The translations under genes were made by a program, and so were the position numbers. Positions 13,839 through 28,759 of a DNA stretch of 64,000 nucleotides are shown here, in pieces. Positions within the stretch are counted from its first letter, which is position 1; each line of letters starts with the position of its first letter. The stretch covers positions 30,565,360 through 30,629,359 of the forward strand of contig NC_043019.1 of NCBI RefSeq assembly GCF_006345805.1, in the 5' to 3' direction. The notes beneath the pieces are model-generated. The model worked only from the letters and a program-made list of their open reading frames with translations, was not told where the DNA came from and made no database searches. Source of the DNA: Octopus sinensis (Eukaryota).

Positions 13839-14019
13839 CCTCCTTCTTTCCTGAGCGTCCAATAATACTAAAGGCAAAGTTGACCTGGAGAGTTTGAACT
13901 CAGAATGTGAAGACGGACGAATACTTGAGAAGTATTTTGTCCGGTGTGCTAACGATTCTGCAAGCTCACCACTATTCACTTTACACCCACACATGTGTAT
14001 ATATGTATATGTATATATA

Positions 14020-14104
<85 letters not shown>

Positions 14105-15790
14105 TATATCTCATATACATATATACACATGTGTGTGGTTTGTATAAGTGAAGTGGTGAGCTTGCAGAATCGTTAGCACACCGGACAAAATACTTCTCAG
14201 TATTTCGTCCGTCTTCACATTCTGAGTTCAAACTCCTCCAAGGTCAACTTTGCCTTTTCTCAGGCGCAGGACTGGCTGTGTGGTAAGTAGCTTGTTTACC
14301 AACCACATGGTTCCGGGTACAGTTCCACTGCGTGGCACCTTGGCCAAGTGTCTTCTACTATACGAGAGCGTAGGCTCGAAACGTTAAAGACTTGTTTTAT
14401 TTATATTTCCTGAGCGCCATACTAATACAATTGTTTGTTTGTTTTCCACCTGCCTTCGTCTTTTTTCTATTTTCATAAAGCTTCCCGTTATATATATATA
14501 TATATATATATTTAAAGAGCTAAGCCCTTTAAATATACACATGTACTAGAATTTTCTCTGATTTTTCAGATTTTGTATGCTAGGCTACTGGTTTTAAATT
14601 GATATTAATTAAATTAATATTCAATTAATCTCCCTCATTATTTAAATGTTTTTAATATATATATATATATATCGTAAAATTGGAGGGGAATACACACACT
14701 ATTGAAACGTGTCTGTATCAGCATGTAATTATTTCTAGAAAACCTCTTAATTCACCCTGTTTTAAACTAGTTGACTCTTAACATTAGCTTACTTATTGTA
14801 TCCTCCTATTTACCTCTCTATCTTATCTCTTTTATTTCTAGTTAACTTTCTAAAGTTCCTTTTGTTAAACGTGTAACACAAGCTTCGTTATTGTATTTCA
14901 CGTGGATGGCATCCCTGTGTTATTCAACTTTCGATATTCAGTCAGCCTGGCATTTATCGAGTTGCAAAAATCTGCTAACTTTAGCAAACAGCTTGCTTCA
15001 CTTGCCCAAACAGATTAAACAAGTCAGCTTGAAACGTAAGAAAAATGAAAATAGAACGGAAGCTTGCTAACAACTTATCCATCGTGGTTGTTTGACAAGT
15101 TCAGTGTCAACATCTGTTTAACTTACTTATGATCGCTATTCTACTCATCAACTCTACACACAGGTAGCTACGTTTCGTTATTAGCTACGAAAAACTGAGA
15201 GTAAAATCTACTTTCTCAACCAGTATGAGGTATCGTAGTTTACTTGCTTGCTAGATATCACATACGTATATGAAGAATATATTCACATACGATGCATACC
15301 TAACAATATTCCGTCTACAATATCCGCTCACAATAGTTTAGTCTGCCTGCAACAATAGTAGAAGATATTTGCCCAAGGTGTCACACAATGGGACAGAACT
15401 CAGAACCATGTGGTTGGGAAGCAAACTTCTTATCACATAATAAATCTTGCATCTTGTGTGTGTATATGTGTATATAATATAAACAATATATATATATATA
15501 TATATATTATGCACACACACGCATATAATATCCTTAAATCCTTAAATATAAATAATATATATATATATATTATATATGCACACACTCACACACTCACACA
15601 CACACGCACACACACATGCATATATGGGTACAGGATCTCACAAACAGTAAACAACATGAAATACGAAAACAAATGAGTTTTGGATGTCGGGGCGGAAACC
15701 CATGCTGGCATCTCTTCAGTTATCAGGCCATCGAAAAACGCAATGAAAATGACCCTTAAAACAAAGGGAAATTGCTGTGTGATTATATAA

Positions 15791-15842
<52 letters not shown>

Positions 15843-15942
15843 AAAATAAATAAATGGAGTTGAACGAAGATGTTATTAAAATTCTTTTACTTTCGACATA
15901 TGTTTTGAAGACAACATTTGAACCATATATATATATAGATAT

Positions 15943-15974
<32 letters not shown>

Positions 15975-16304
15975 ATAATATATAATATAGGGTAACAAAG
16001 ATATACAGGCATTAATTCATGAATTGACACCTATACATCTTTGTTAGTCATTTATATTTTATTCACCTACCCTGGAATCTGTACTCTTAGAGGAAATACT
16101 TTTATATAAAGTAATGTCTGAACAACCTAGAACAGATTTCTTCAATGAGCTGGGTTGTGTTAGCTGCATACACTGCAAGAATATCAAGGGCAAACGCTTC
16201 TGCACAGAGTTTGATATTCACCTGATTATGTGTGGGTGTGTAAATTAGATCAACTGAACAAGGTGCTCAATTTAAGTACCTAATTCAACTGAATCTTAAT
16301 TATA

Positions 16305-16721
<417 letters not shown>

Positions 16722-16902
16722 AGTAGGTGAATGAATTATCCCTATGTTTATCGTTTAACCGAAACCCTGGGTAGCAAATTCACGTCAGAAAACACGGTTG
16801 AAGTGACCTGTCAATGGTAGAAACTCCGGGTTCATGTGTAATTTGGTGTTGTGTATATGAATAAATGAAGAAAATGGAGTCGAACGAAGATGTTAACAAA
16901 AT

Positions 16903-16997
16903 TCCTTACTCTCGACACATGTTTCGAAGACAGCATATTTTCATTCCGAAGGAATAAAGGGTGCATTATGCAATCTTCTCATCAGGAAAGAAAAGGA
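16903..16997 (-). ncRNA. Type-I hammerhead ribozyme motif with fully canonical core
   Basis: uccuuuuCUUUC-CUGAUGA-GAAGAU..long stem II..GUCUUC-GAAAC-augu-GUC-GAGAGuaagga. Confidence 0.8.
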
Positions 16998-17933
16998 GCC
17001 TCTCTCATTCGATTCCATCTTTCATTATTTTATATATATATAATATCTTATCATTCAATGTCTGTTCTCCATGCTGGCATGCGTTGGACAGTTTGACAGG
17101 AGCTGACCAGTTGGAGAGCTGTCTGGACTCCATTTTGTCTGTTTTGGCTTGAATTCTACAGTTGGATGCCTTTCTTAGTGCCAACCACTCTACAGAGTGT
17201 GCTGGATACTTTTAATGTGGCACTGGCATGGACACCTTTACCCGGTGCTAGCATGGGTGCTTTTACGTGGCCCCAGCATGGACACTTTTATGTAACCCTG
17301 GCATGAGTCCTTTTATGCGGGACTGGCATGAATGCTTTTACATGGCTCCATTACAGTGTATGTGTGTATGTGTGTGTGTATATATATACTAGCATTAAAG
17401 ACCCGTCGTTGCCAGGTCATAGTGCTAGTGCATGTATATATGTGTATATATATGTGTACATATTACATGTACATCTATATATATACATCTACACAAAAAA
17501 TACAAAATACAAAGTTATATCTTGATATCTCTAGTGATAACAATACTCAAAATATATAACAGACTGGAATAATTGTTAGCCCGTCTGTTGTAATTTCGAT
17601 CAATTGTATCTTATCCTCCTTCTTGTATAGAAGTGTGGCTACAATCCAGCCTACCTCAACTTCTGGGTGGGTGGAGGACATTTTTAATTTTTATTCGGCA
17701 TGTCCTACGTCCCAGATATAAAGGTAAAAATAAAATATTTCCATTTTGCAAGTCCGAGTCAAGTACTCCCTTGCACGCTACGTTGACTCAAAACTTGCTT
17801 CTATTGTGGGGAATTTACCACCTCTGATTAGATACCTTTCATAGTCGCACCAAGACACTTTTTGAAGGTGCTTTCCTCCATGTGTTCAGATCTTCTTTCT
17901 TCTCTACATAGTATACTTTATAGAGAAAAGTAT

Positions 17934-17968
<35 letters not shown>

Positions 17969-20164
17969 TTTATTTAAAAGCAGCAGAAATTTAACAAAAG
18001 CTGTTACTTGGAGTAACAGCTTTTGTTAAATTTTGTTAAATTTCTGCTGCTTTTCAGTGATATTTTTTTTCCTCTATGACTTTCTTTCTGTGGATATTCT
18101 CTGGCAACTTTTTCTCCTGTGGCTGGTTCTCCTTGTGACCTCCCCCACCTTTAGATGAAAAACACCTAGCATAGTATTGCCACATTACATGTATATTCAG
18201 TGAAAAGATCCAGTGATTTTTAATATTGATGACTAAAATAGATATTCCAGTCACAAAAAAAAAAAGAATATGCTATCATCCTGTGGTTCTTCCATCGGGA
18301 ACACACAAGTCATGAAGGCCTTCTTATAAAACTGTACCATTGACAAAATCTTGACGTTGGTGATCAACAGCATTTTCCCAGTGATGTATTTTCCTGGATT
18401 CGGTTGAAGCACTTGTTTATAGGTCTCCTTGATCAGAGCTGACTTGGAGCTAGTCGACATCACATTGTATCTGGATGAAGAAGAATTTATTGTGCAGGAG
18501 TTCATCCATAGTTTTTATGACCACGCCAAAGTAGTTTCAGATAAAATGTTTTGACATAAAATACTGTTCTATGGTTTGATAAAATCAGTACATAGATCCA
18601 AATTTTACATTTATATCCAGCAACTTAACTGATATAAATCTGTTAGAATGACTAAAAGACTACTTGTAAATAGATAATAATTCTGTTATCAGGGAGAAAG
18701 AAAAAAATATCATTGTTCACTGTTTTATCAAGTAAAGCTTATATAAACGCACCAACTCATAAAATATAACGTCGTCTTTATAATTTTACTTTCGTTTTCC
18801 ATGCTGGCATGGAGCCCACAGCATTTTACATGCATGCATGAACTGAGCATCACTATGGTATTTAATAACAATTGAAGCATTCATTCCATGTAAGTATAGC
18901 AAGTTTCTAACTTGTACTGGCTGAGTTTTCCATACGACAATTTCAGCAGTTTACAGAAAATTTTTTAAATGGAAGAATGCCCTTTATGTGTGTGTGTGTG
19001 GTGTGTGTGTGTGTGTCTGTCTGTGTCTGTGTGTGGGAAAGAGAGAGAAGCCTAGTTCTCAGCCATATGGTTTCAGGTTCAGTTCCACTGTGTGGCACCT
19101 TGGGCAAATGTTTTCAACATGTATGTATGTGTGTGTGTGTGTGTGAGAGAGATAGAGAGAAGCCTAGTTCCCAGCCACATGGTTTCAGGTTCAGTTCCAC
19201 TGCATGGCACCTTGGGCAAATATTTCCAACATGTGTGTATGTGTGTATAGAATTGAAATGGTCTTTCAGCAACAACACACCTTGATAAACTCAGTGACAC
19301 AAGTTGTATAATCAAATGCTTGCACACCTGGTGAACTACATTGCATGGAAACAATTGTAGTGATGGAAAATAAATGTGCACCTGTACTCCTTCATGTTGA
19401 CACCAAATGTTTTCAGTTGTCTATTCACACATGACAGATGCCCAAACGCAAACCTGGAAGTAGTTATAAAACTACTACTGGATAACACAGGATGAAATCT
19501 GAAGGTGGATGAGCTTTATACTGTACTCTGCTACATTCTTTACAGAATATACCTCAACTATATATATATATATATATATACAGTTAATCCAAACATGAAC
19601 ACACAAAGAGAAAACACAACAATACGAGGACGTGAAACAAGTATAGTGTTATTGGATGCTCAGGAAAGGAAAAAAAGAAGGAGGATTTAATGTTTTGAGC
19701 GGAGCTCTTCGTCAGAAACATAGGAAAAGGAAAGATCCAAGGAAGGGAAGACAGAGGAAAAAAATCACCAATGATACACACGCGGTCATATTTATATATA
19801 TCGTTTGTAGAAATACATAAATTCGGAGGAGAAGCATACTCTAAGATGTAGAGCACCTTGGACAAGTATCTTCTATAGCCTTGGGCAGACTAAAGCTGTG
19901 AGAAACATTAGCACGCCGGGTGAAATGCTTAGTGGTATTTCGTCTGCCACTATGTTCTGAGTTGAAATTCTGCTGAGGTCGATTTTGCGTTTCGTACTTT
20001 CGAGGTCGATTAAATAGGTACCAGTTATGCACTGGTATAATCAACTCAGTCCATTTGTCCGTCCTTGTTTGTCCCCTCTGTGTGTAGCCCCTTGTGGGCA
20101 GTAAAGAAATAAAATAAAGCCTTGTGAGTAGATTTGGTAGACAGAAACTGAAAGAAGCCTATTG

Positions 20165-20196
<32 letters not shown>

Positions 20197-20372
20197 CATG
20201 CGTGCGTATTTCTCTGTTATCCTGCCCACCACTGCTTGACAACTGGTGTGTTTATGTCCCCATAACTTAGCGGTTCAGCAAAAGATATTTGATAGAATAA
20301 GTACCAGGCTTTAAAAAGTGAAGTACTGGTGTTGATACATTCCACTAAAAATTCTTCAAAGTAGCTGTGTTT

Positions 20373-20433
20373 GGGGTCTGAAGATACACCGTAAGGCTAA
20401 ACCCCTTATGAGCGAGAAACCCAGTGTAACTCC
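20373..20433 (+). ncRNA. Hammerhead-like motif with a decayed stem II base
   Basis: GGGGU-CUGAAGA-..CGUAAGG/CCUUAUG..-GAAAC-ccagu-GUA-ACUCC. Confidence 0.5.
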
Positions 20434-20802
20434 ATAAACTGGCCTGCTCCACTATCATATTTATATATATATATATATACCTTATTAATTAAATTGTTTT
20501 GTTCATAGGAGTAGGAGCGTCTCTAGAACATGATCGTACTTTAAGCTTATCAATGACCGATCTATCTCTTGATATCTAACTTGTTCGTTATTCACCATTC
20601 ACAACTTATATTAACTTTTGGCACAAAATATTTAAGTCAAACCCTGAGTCCTTTTTATTATTATCGTTTATATTTCATTTTTTTTTCTTTTCAACTAGCA
20701 GGAAATTTTTCTTCGGTTAATCAGCGAAACCCATTGCTTCTAAACCAAATCTATGTCTCACGTTCAATCAAATTTGTACATCTCATTCTCTGTTTGTGTA
20801 TG

Positions 20803-20834
<32 letters not shown>

Positions 20835-20964
20835 CATGAATGCATGTATGTATGAATGTATGTATGCATGCATGCATGTATGTATGTATATGTATATATA
20901 TATATTTATATATACATATATATGTATATGTGTATATATATATACACATATACATATATGTATG

Positions 20965-21010
<46 letters not shown>

Positions 21011-21439
21011 GCCTTACAGTGTATCTTCAGACCCCAAACACAGCTACTTTGAGAGGAGTGGACAGCGTGCTGTGACCAGCGGTGTCAAATGGATGCCCGA
21101 TGGACTGGTCGGTCAAGGTGATATATATATATATATATATACCGGAGTAAACACATAAATGTGAAACAAGGTGGAAAAAAGAGTACTCAAATACCAGTGG
21201 TAGAGTAATATGCTTTATTTAAAGCAGCAGAAAATTCAACAAAACCTGTTACTCTGAGTTTCACGTTGCCGTTTGTTGGACAATTTTTGCTAGCAAAAAC
21301 TGTCCGACGAACAGCAACATGAAACTCAGAGTAACAGGTTTTGTTGAATTTTCTGCTGCTTTAAATAAAGCATATTACTCTACCACTGGTATTTGAGTAC
21401 TCTTTTTTCCACCTTGTTTCACATTTATGTGTTTACTCC

Positions 21440-21479
<40 letters not shown>

Positions 21480-21586
21480 CTTGACCGACCAGTCCATCGG
21501 GCATCCATTTGACACCGCTGGTCACAGCACGCTGTCCACTCCTCTCAAGGTAGCTGTGTTTGGGGTCTGAAGATACACTGTAAGGC

Positions 21587-21636
<50 letters not shown>

Positions 21637-21787
21637 ACATATATATACATACATATATGTATATGTGTATATATATATACACATATACATATATATGTAT
21701 ATATAAATATATATATATACATATACATACATACATGCATGCATGCATACATACATTCATACATACATGCATTCATGCATACATACA

Positions 21788-21822
<35 letters not shown>
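20803..21822. repeat. About 1-kb near-perfect palindrome centred on gctagc (21289-21294)
   Basis: Arms are reverse complements, including microsatellites; ORF-track peptides 20569(+) and 21522(-) share the same C-terminal half. Confidence 0.92.
21296..21342 (+). ncRNA. Hammerhead-like motif (C at core position 4) at the centre of a large palindrome
   Basis: aaaaCUGU-CCGACGA-stem II (ACG gcaa CGU in the opposite arm)-GAAAC-ucaga-GUA-ACAGguuuu. Confidence 0.6.
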
Positions 21823-21823
<1 letters not shown>

Positions 21824-24800
21824 TGGAGGGTGGTGAGAAGCATCTATCTGTCAACCCACCACCACCACCACGCACACGATATAATGATTGTGTGTGTGTG
21901 TGTGTGTGTGTAAAAATACTTGTGCAATTGTGAAATAATTATTAATATAAAAGTGCAGATGTTGGTGCATGGATAACAAGTTGGCTTCCAAACCACATGG
22001 TTTTCGGTTCAGTTCCATTGCCTGGTACCTTGGGCAAGTATCTTTTACTGAAACCCAAAGTTGAGTGGATTTAGTACATGGAAACTGATAGAAGTCTGTG
22101 GTGTGTATGTGAGAGAGAGAGAGAGAGTGAGTGCGTGTGTTTGTGTTTCCTTGTCTTGACCTTGCGTGATAATTGTAAATGAGTGTTGCTGTTATACAAA
22201 CACAGTATAATTCGTTTCCAATGTTCTGTGAGAATATGCCGGGCCAGGGAGGAAATAACACCTTGCTTCGAAACAGGTGAAGAGTGACAACAGAAAGGCC
22301 ATCGGGCTGTTGGAAATCTGCCTCAATAAACACTGTGTAACCAATGCAAGCATGGGAAAGTGTACATTAAAATGAAGATATATACATAGCAACATTATTT
22401 AATGTACTGCTACGTAATTTCTTATTTATTACTCATTCAACAGAATATTTTTTGTGCGACATCTGTTTCTGTTTACTTTCCTCTTTCTTTGACTCTCTTT
22501 TACCTTCCTTCCTTCCTCTCTCTTTCCCTCTCTAACACTTTGTTCTGTGTTGCCTCTGTCCCTCAGCCCTCCACCACTCTTTCTCTCTCCTCCCACCACC
22601 ACATGACCTGTGATCATTCACATCTCTTTGGTCCATTTCATTTTTTTGCCTCACTTTTGACTCTTTCAGTTGTCCTTCTCTCTGCACCTCCAGTTCTTTT
22701 TTTTTACACAGTTTATTTTCTTCACCTTTCATTCTGTATCCTTCTGTCCCTTTCTTGTTTCCAGTCCAACAGGACATTTCCCTTTGCGTTACTCCATATT
22801 CGTCCCCCTTGTGGTCGAGCAACCTTTTTACATTATATATGTATAATTATTTTATTTTGTTCACACGGATGAAATGTCGGTGTGCTAACAATTCTGCCAG
22901 TTCACCACCTCAATATATAATATAGTAAAAAGATATAAAGATATAGGCATAGGAGTGTGGCAAGTAGCTTGCTTACAAAACACATGGTTCCAGGTTCAGT
23001 CCCACTGCGTGGCACCTTGGGCAAGTGTCTTCTACTATAGCCTCGGGCTGACCAAAGCCTTGTGAGTGGATTTGGTAGACGGAAACTGAAAGAAGCCCGT
23101 CAATATGTGTATGTGTTTGTGTGTCTGTGTTTGTCCCCCAAACATCACTTGACAACCGATGCTGGTGTGTTTACGTCCCCGTAACTTAGCAGTTCAGCAA
23201 AAGAGACCGATAGAATAAGTACTAGGCTTACAAAGAGTAAATCCTTGGGGTCGATTTGCTCGACCAAAGGCGGTGCTCCAGCATGGCCACAGTCAAATGA
23301 CTGAAGCGAGTAAAAGAGAGCGATGGACACACATATAAACACACAAGTTTGTTTTTCTCCAGGCTATGGGCTTATTTGGCTGGAGATTATCCTAATTTCC
23401 ATGACGTTGAGAATGCAAGACTCCCTCGTCACAGGAGTAACACCTCCAGCTTTTGCCATCATTTTATTTTCAGCTGAGAAAAGCTTAGCAGAAAATTAGC
23501 AAATTGAAGCAATATGAAATGAAGTGCTTTGCTTGAGACACAATGCACAGCCTTGTCAGAGAATTGAATCCATAACGTGATCATAAATCCTATACCCACT
23601 ATACCACGTGCCTTGATATACATACATACTTAAAAATACGCTTATACGCACACCTGTGTGTGTATGTGTACATATACAGGGGAAACCACTTATCATTGAT
23701 TATGTTATCAAAGTGGTTGTTATCAGAAAGGTTTTATCTTAGTGATCACAAGCCGCTTCCATTGTACACACACAAGATATAAGCTTGTGCTTTTATTGGT
23801 TGTTCAGTTTTCATGTTAAAAGATAAAAGACGCATTGAATACAATTGTCTTAGATAAATTAAATCTAGTAAAAAAAAAAAAAAAATGGAAATGGAGATGT
23901 GATTTTCATAGCTTGAAGGCCTTTGATCACAGGTTTGCTGGATCATAGCTGACTTTGGGCTAAACAACAACAGATTCTGTATGTCTTTGAATAAAAGAAT
24001 TATCAAGTGTTGTCTTAATTTACTAGGCTTACAAAGAATAAGTCCTGGGGTCGATTTGTTCGACTAAAGGCGGTGCTCCAGCATGGCCACAGTCAAATGA
24101 CTGAAACAAGTAAAAGAGTAAAGAGTTTTTTGTCCATTTTAACCCAAGACTTTACTGCAAAGCAAACTTCCTGATTGTCTCCACATCCCGGCTGCATTAC
24201 ACAAACTAGTCAGGTGTGACAAGCAGTGTTTATAGTAAGGTGTGTTCGTTCACCCGGCACTATCTAATCTGCAATAAAAAAAAAAAGAAAAACTTGGCAG
24301 GTCAGCTTATTAGATGCTTAGTAACAGTATACTAACTTTATAATGATTTAGGATAGTCATAACAGTCTCTCCTAACAAAAAACAAAAACTCTAAAACTTT
24401 CTGGAATGCACCTTGCATGCAAATATGCATATATTTAAGTAGGTAGTTAAGCAGGTAGGTCTGTAGGTTATGTAACTTCCATACATTTAGAGTAGGTTAA
24501 AGTGTTTCTCTCATAAATCAGAGACAAACATTCAAGTAGGTCAAAGTCTACTTGCTGACATGCTCACCACGTAGCTATATATTGGAACTCTGCAAGCTGT
24601 CTGTCTGCCTGTCTTTCTGTCTGTTTATATGTATGCATGTACGTGTATGTATTATGTCAGTTCACTTTCGAGTGCTACTGGCAACATGTAACCCAGTACA
24701 ACCTGTTGCATGGTCGGGTTGTTGGCAACTAAACCGACAACCCCACCAAGCTTGCTTGGTGAGGAGGGTGTTTATTGGCCACCCTACGGGATGAAAAACA

Positions 24801-25661
24801 AAACTCGTCAAAGGGCGGAGGACCTCTTGAGAGTCAACGGCCATCCAATAAATGTCTTAAGGCGGGATCATGCGCGGGGACATAGAAATAATTGGACTGA
24901 ATACCCGATCGCGCGGTTAAACCATTGGGAGTGAAGGACTCCTAGCCTTTGTTAGGGCATCCTTCTAAGAGAAGGTAACTCAGGTAACTGGGATAACTCC
25001 GACATAAAACCTGCGGCTCCGTGGTTACTGATGATGTTGACTTGTTCTTCTTTTTGGATTACGGCTGCTGTTGCTTAGTGAGTGGGATTGACTCAGTGCA
25101 CAGCTGTTCCTCACTTTAAAAAAAATCTTCTTGCACAGGAATTGCATGATAACAACATTGATTAAGCTTTGTGCAATGGCCATACTCGATAACGAGGGGG
25201 CAGCCACCATGTGTGTGTATACTATTTTTTCTTTCTGTGAAGAAGTTTGCTTTTTAATCAGTGTGGGCAGGTGCCTTCTGTGCCACAGTCTGGTAGAGCA
25301 ATGACTTAACAGTGGAATTGGGTCATAGAAGGAAACTGGGCAAACAACAAAAAGCATCTTTTGAGCTTTGGGCCTCAAAGAGGCAATGGCAGATGACTGA
25401 GACCTTTGGCATTATGTTGTGCTTGAGAAGAAGACCCATCAAGCCGAGCAAAATCACAGTAATGGCAGATACCAGTGTTGTGCCAGTGGCATGTAAAAGC
25501 ACCCATTACAATGTTGGAGTGGTTGGCATTAGGAAAGGCATCTAGCTATAGAAACCATGCCAAATCAGACTGGAGCCTAGTGCAGCTCCTCAGCATACCA
25601 GCCCTGGTCAAACCGTCTAACCCATATCAACATGGACAATGGACATTAAATGAAAATTATG

Positions 25662-25664
<3 letters not shown>

Positions 25665-25705
<41 letters not shown>

Positions 25706-26630
25706 TCTTTTACTCTTTTACTTGTTTCAGTCATTTGACTGTGGCCATGCTGGAGCACTGCTTTTAGTCGAGCAAATCGACCCCAGGACTTATTCTTTGT
25801 AAGCCTAGTAAAGTACTGGGGTTCATTTATTCATCTAAAAATTCTTCAAGGCAGTTGATACATTTGACTAAAACTTCTTGAAAGCAATGACTGAAAATGA
25901 AAATAGAAAAAAAGACAGTATTTACATTTTTAACTTAGCTATTACTGGTTTTGATTGCTTTAACCCTTTCGTTACCAACCTGGCTGAAACTGGATCTGGC
26001 TCTGAGTACAAAAGTCTTGTTTTCATAAGTTTTGAATTAAAATTTTCCACCAAACTTTAGTCACACTTTATGTTCCTAACACCAGCGGAATGATAACTAA
26101 GTTATTTTACTAAATTCTTTGTTATACTTAAAGTAATTGAAAGAAACACAGAGCATCTCAAAATAAATACAGCAACGAAAGGGTTGAAGACAATCAAGTC
26201 ATGTTGGTTACTTGTGCTGTCAACTGCTACTTAAGCAAACAGAACGCAGCACCATGTGGTCTTTATAAGAAAAACATGTGACTTGCCAGAGCTGATATTA
26301 TGAAAGATTAATTCAACATAATTTATTTTAATATATTTTTTCATTCTTTCTTTATCAATATGGCTAGATCTTCTTTAAGCAATGAAAACTGGTGCCTGCT
26401 TTGTTAAAAGTTTAAATAAGTTTTCAGCTCGTTTTATTCTTTTCATTTATTTTCCAATAGGTGTAGGAGTGGCTGTATGGTAAGTAGGTTGCTTAAAACC
26501 ACATGGTTCCGGGTTCAGTCCCACTGTGTGGCACCTCGAGCAAGTGTCTTCTACTAAAGCCTCGGGCTGACCAAAGCCTTGTGAGTGGATTTGGTAGATG
26601 GAAACTGAAAAAAGCCCGTCTCATATATGC

Positions 26631-26675
<45 letters not shown>

Positions 26676-27175
26676 TGTATATGTTTGTGTGTCTGTGTTT
26701 GTCCCCCAAACATCGTTTGACAACTGATGCTGGTGTGTTTATGTCCCTGTAACTTAGCAGTTCGGCAAAAGAGACCAATTGAATAAGTACTAGGCTTACA
26801 AAGAATAAATCCTGGGGTCGATTTGCTCGATTAAAGGTGGTGTTACAGCATGGCCACAGTCAAATGACTGAAACAAGTAAAAGAGTAATAAATATGGATA
26901 AATTTGTGCGAAACTTCTTAACATACATATTTGTTTCACTCCCACCCTATTGGAAACACCTTGAATACAGTTGTATAGGATTGTCAGCCTTTGGATTAGA
27001 ACATTTACTACAATTAATTTAATATAAATCCATGAAATACACCAAACTGTTATGTCAAAGACATTCAGCAGAAACATGTCAGAATGTGAAAATGGTTTCC
27101 ATCAAATAAATTTTAAGGATGTATAATTCTCCATTTTACATTATTATGTCCATATGTGTATATATGTGTATATAT

Positions 27176-27211
<36 letters not shown>

Positions 27212-28136
27212 CTCTTTTACTCTTTTACTTGTTTCAGTCATTTGACTGTGGCCATGCTGGAGCACTGCTTTTAGTCGAGCAAATCGACCCCAGGACTTAT
27301 TCTTTGTAAGCCTAGTAAAGTACTGGGGTTCATTTATTCATCTAAAAATTCTTCAAGGCAGTTGATACATTTGACTAAAACTTCTTGAAAGCAATGACTG
27401 AAAATGAAAATAGAAAAAAAGACAGTATTTACATTTTTAACTTAGCTATTACTGGTTTTGATTGCTTTAACCCTTTCGTTACCAACCTGGCTGAAACTGG
27501 ATCTGGCTCTGAGTACAAATGTTTTGTTTTCATAAGTTCTGAATTAAAATCTTCCACCAAACCTCAGTGACACTTTATGTTCCTAACACCAGCGGAATGA
27601 TAACTAAGTTATTTTACTAAATTCTTTGTTATACTTAAAGTAATTGAAAGAAACACAGAGCATCTCAAAATAAATACAGCAACGAAAGGGTTGAAGACAA
27701 TCAAGTCATGTTGGTTACTTGTGCTGTCAACTGCTACTTAAGCAAACAGAACGCAGCACCATGTGGTCTTTATAAGAAAAACATGTGACTTGCCAGAGCT
27801 GATATTATGAAAGATTAATTCAACATAATTTATTTTATATATTTTTTCATTCTTTCTTTATCAATATGGCTAGATCTTCTTTAAGCAATGAAAACTGGTG
27901 CCTGCTTTGTTAAAAGTTTAAATAAGTTTTCAGCTCGTTTTATTCTTTTCATTTATTTTCCAATAGGTGTAGGAGTGGCTGTATGGTAAGTAGGTTGCTT
28001 AAAACCACATGGTTCCGGGTTCAGTCCCACTGTGTGGCACCTCGAGCAAGTGTCCTCTACTAAAGCCTCGGGCCGACCAAAGCCTTGTGAGTGGATTTGG
28101 TAGATGGAAACTGAAAAAAGCCCATCTCATATATGC

Positions 28137-28197
<61 letters not shown>

Positions 28198-28700
28198 TGT
28201 ATATGTTTGTGTGTCTGTGTTTGTCCCCCAAACATCGCTTGACAACTGATGCTGGTGTGTTTATGTCCCTGTAACTTAGCAGTTCGGCAAAAGAGACCGA
28301 TTGAATAAGTACAAGGCTTACAAAGAATAAATCCTGGGGTCGATTTGCTCGACTAAATGTGGTGCTCCAGCATGGCCACAGTCAAATGACTGAAACAAGT
28401 AAAAGAGTAATAAATATGAATAAATTTGTGTGAAACTTCTTAACATACATATTTGTTTCACTCCCACCCTATTGGAAACACCTTGAATACAGTTGTATAG
28501 GATTGTCAGCCTTTGGATTAGAACATTTACTACAATTAATTTAATATAAATCCATGAAATACACCAAACTGTTATGTCAAGACATTCAGCAGAAACATGT
28601 CAGAATGTATTTATGAAGAAAATGGTTTCCATCAAATAAATTTTAAGGATGTATAATTCTCCATTTTACATTATTATGTCTATATATATATATATATATA
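25665..28700. repeat. Tandem duplication, unit about 1.5 kb, with junctions in (TA)n
   Basis: Matching ORFs offset by 1506-1507 bp (25878/27385, 26503/28009), with scattered substitutions. Confidence 0.92.
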
Positions 28701-28759
28701 TATTATTAATCAAAATGTACAGAATTATATATCCATTACGTTTGATCTTCCCCATTAGT

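Noticed and set aside
13871-14256. Inverted duplication of a SINE C fragment plus flank around (TA)n
   Set aside because: The arms differ mostly by single-base indels typical of noisy long-read consensus, so an artefact cannot be excluded; no ribozyme motif.
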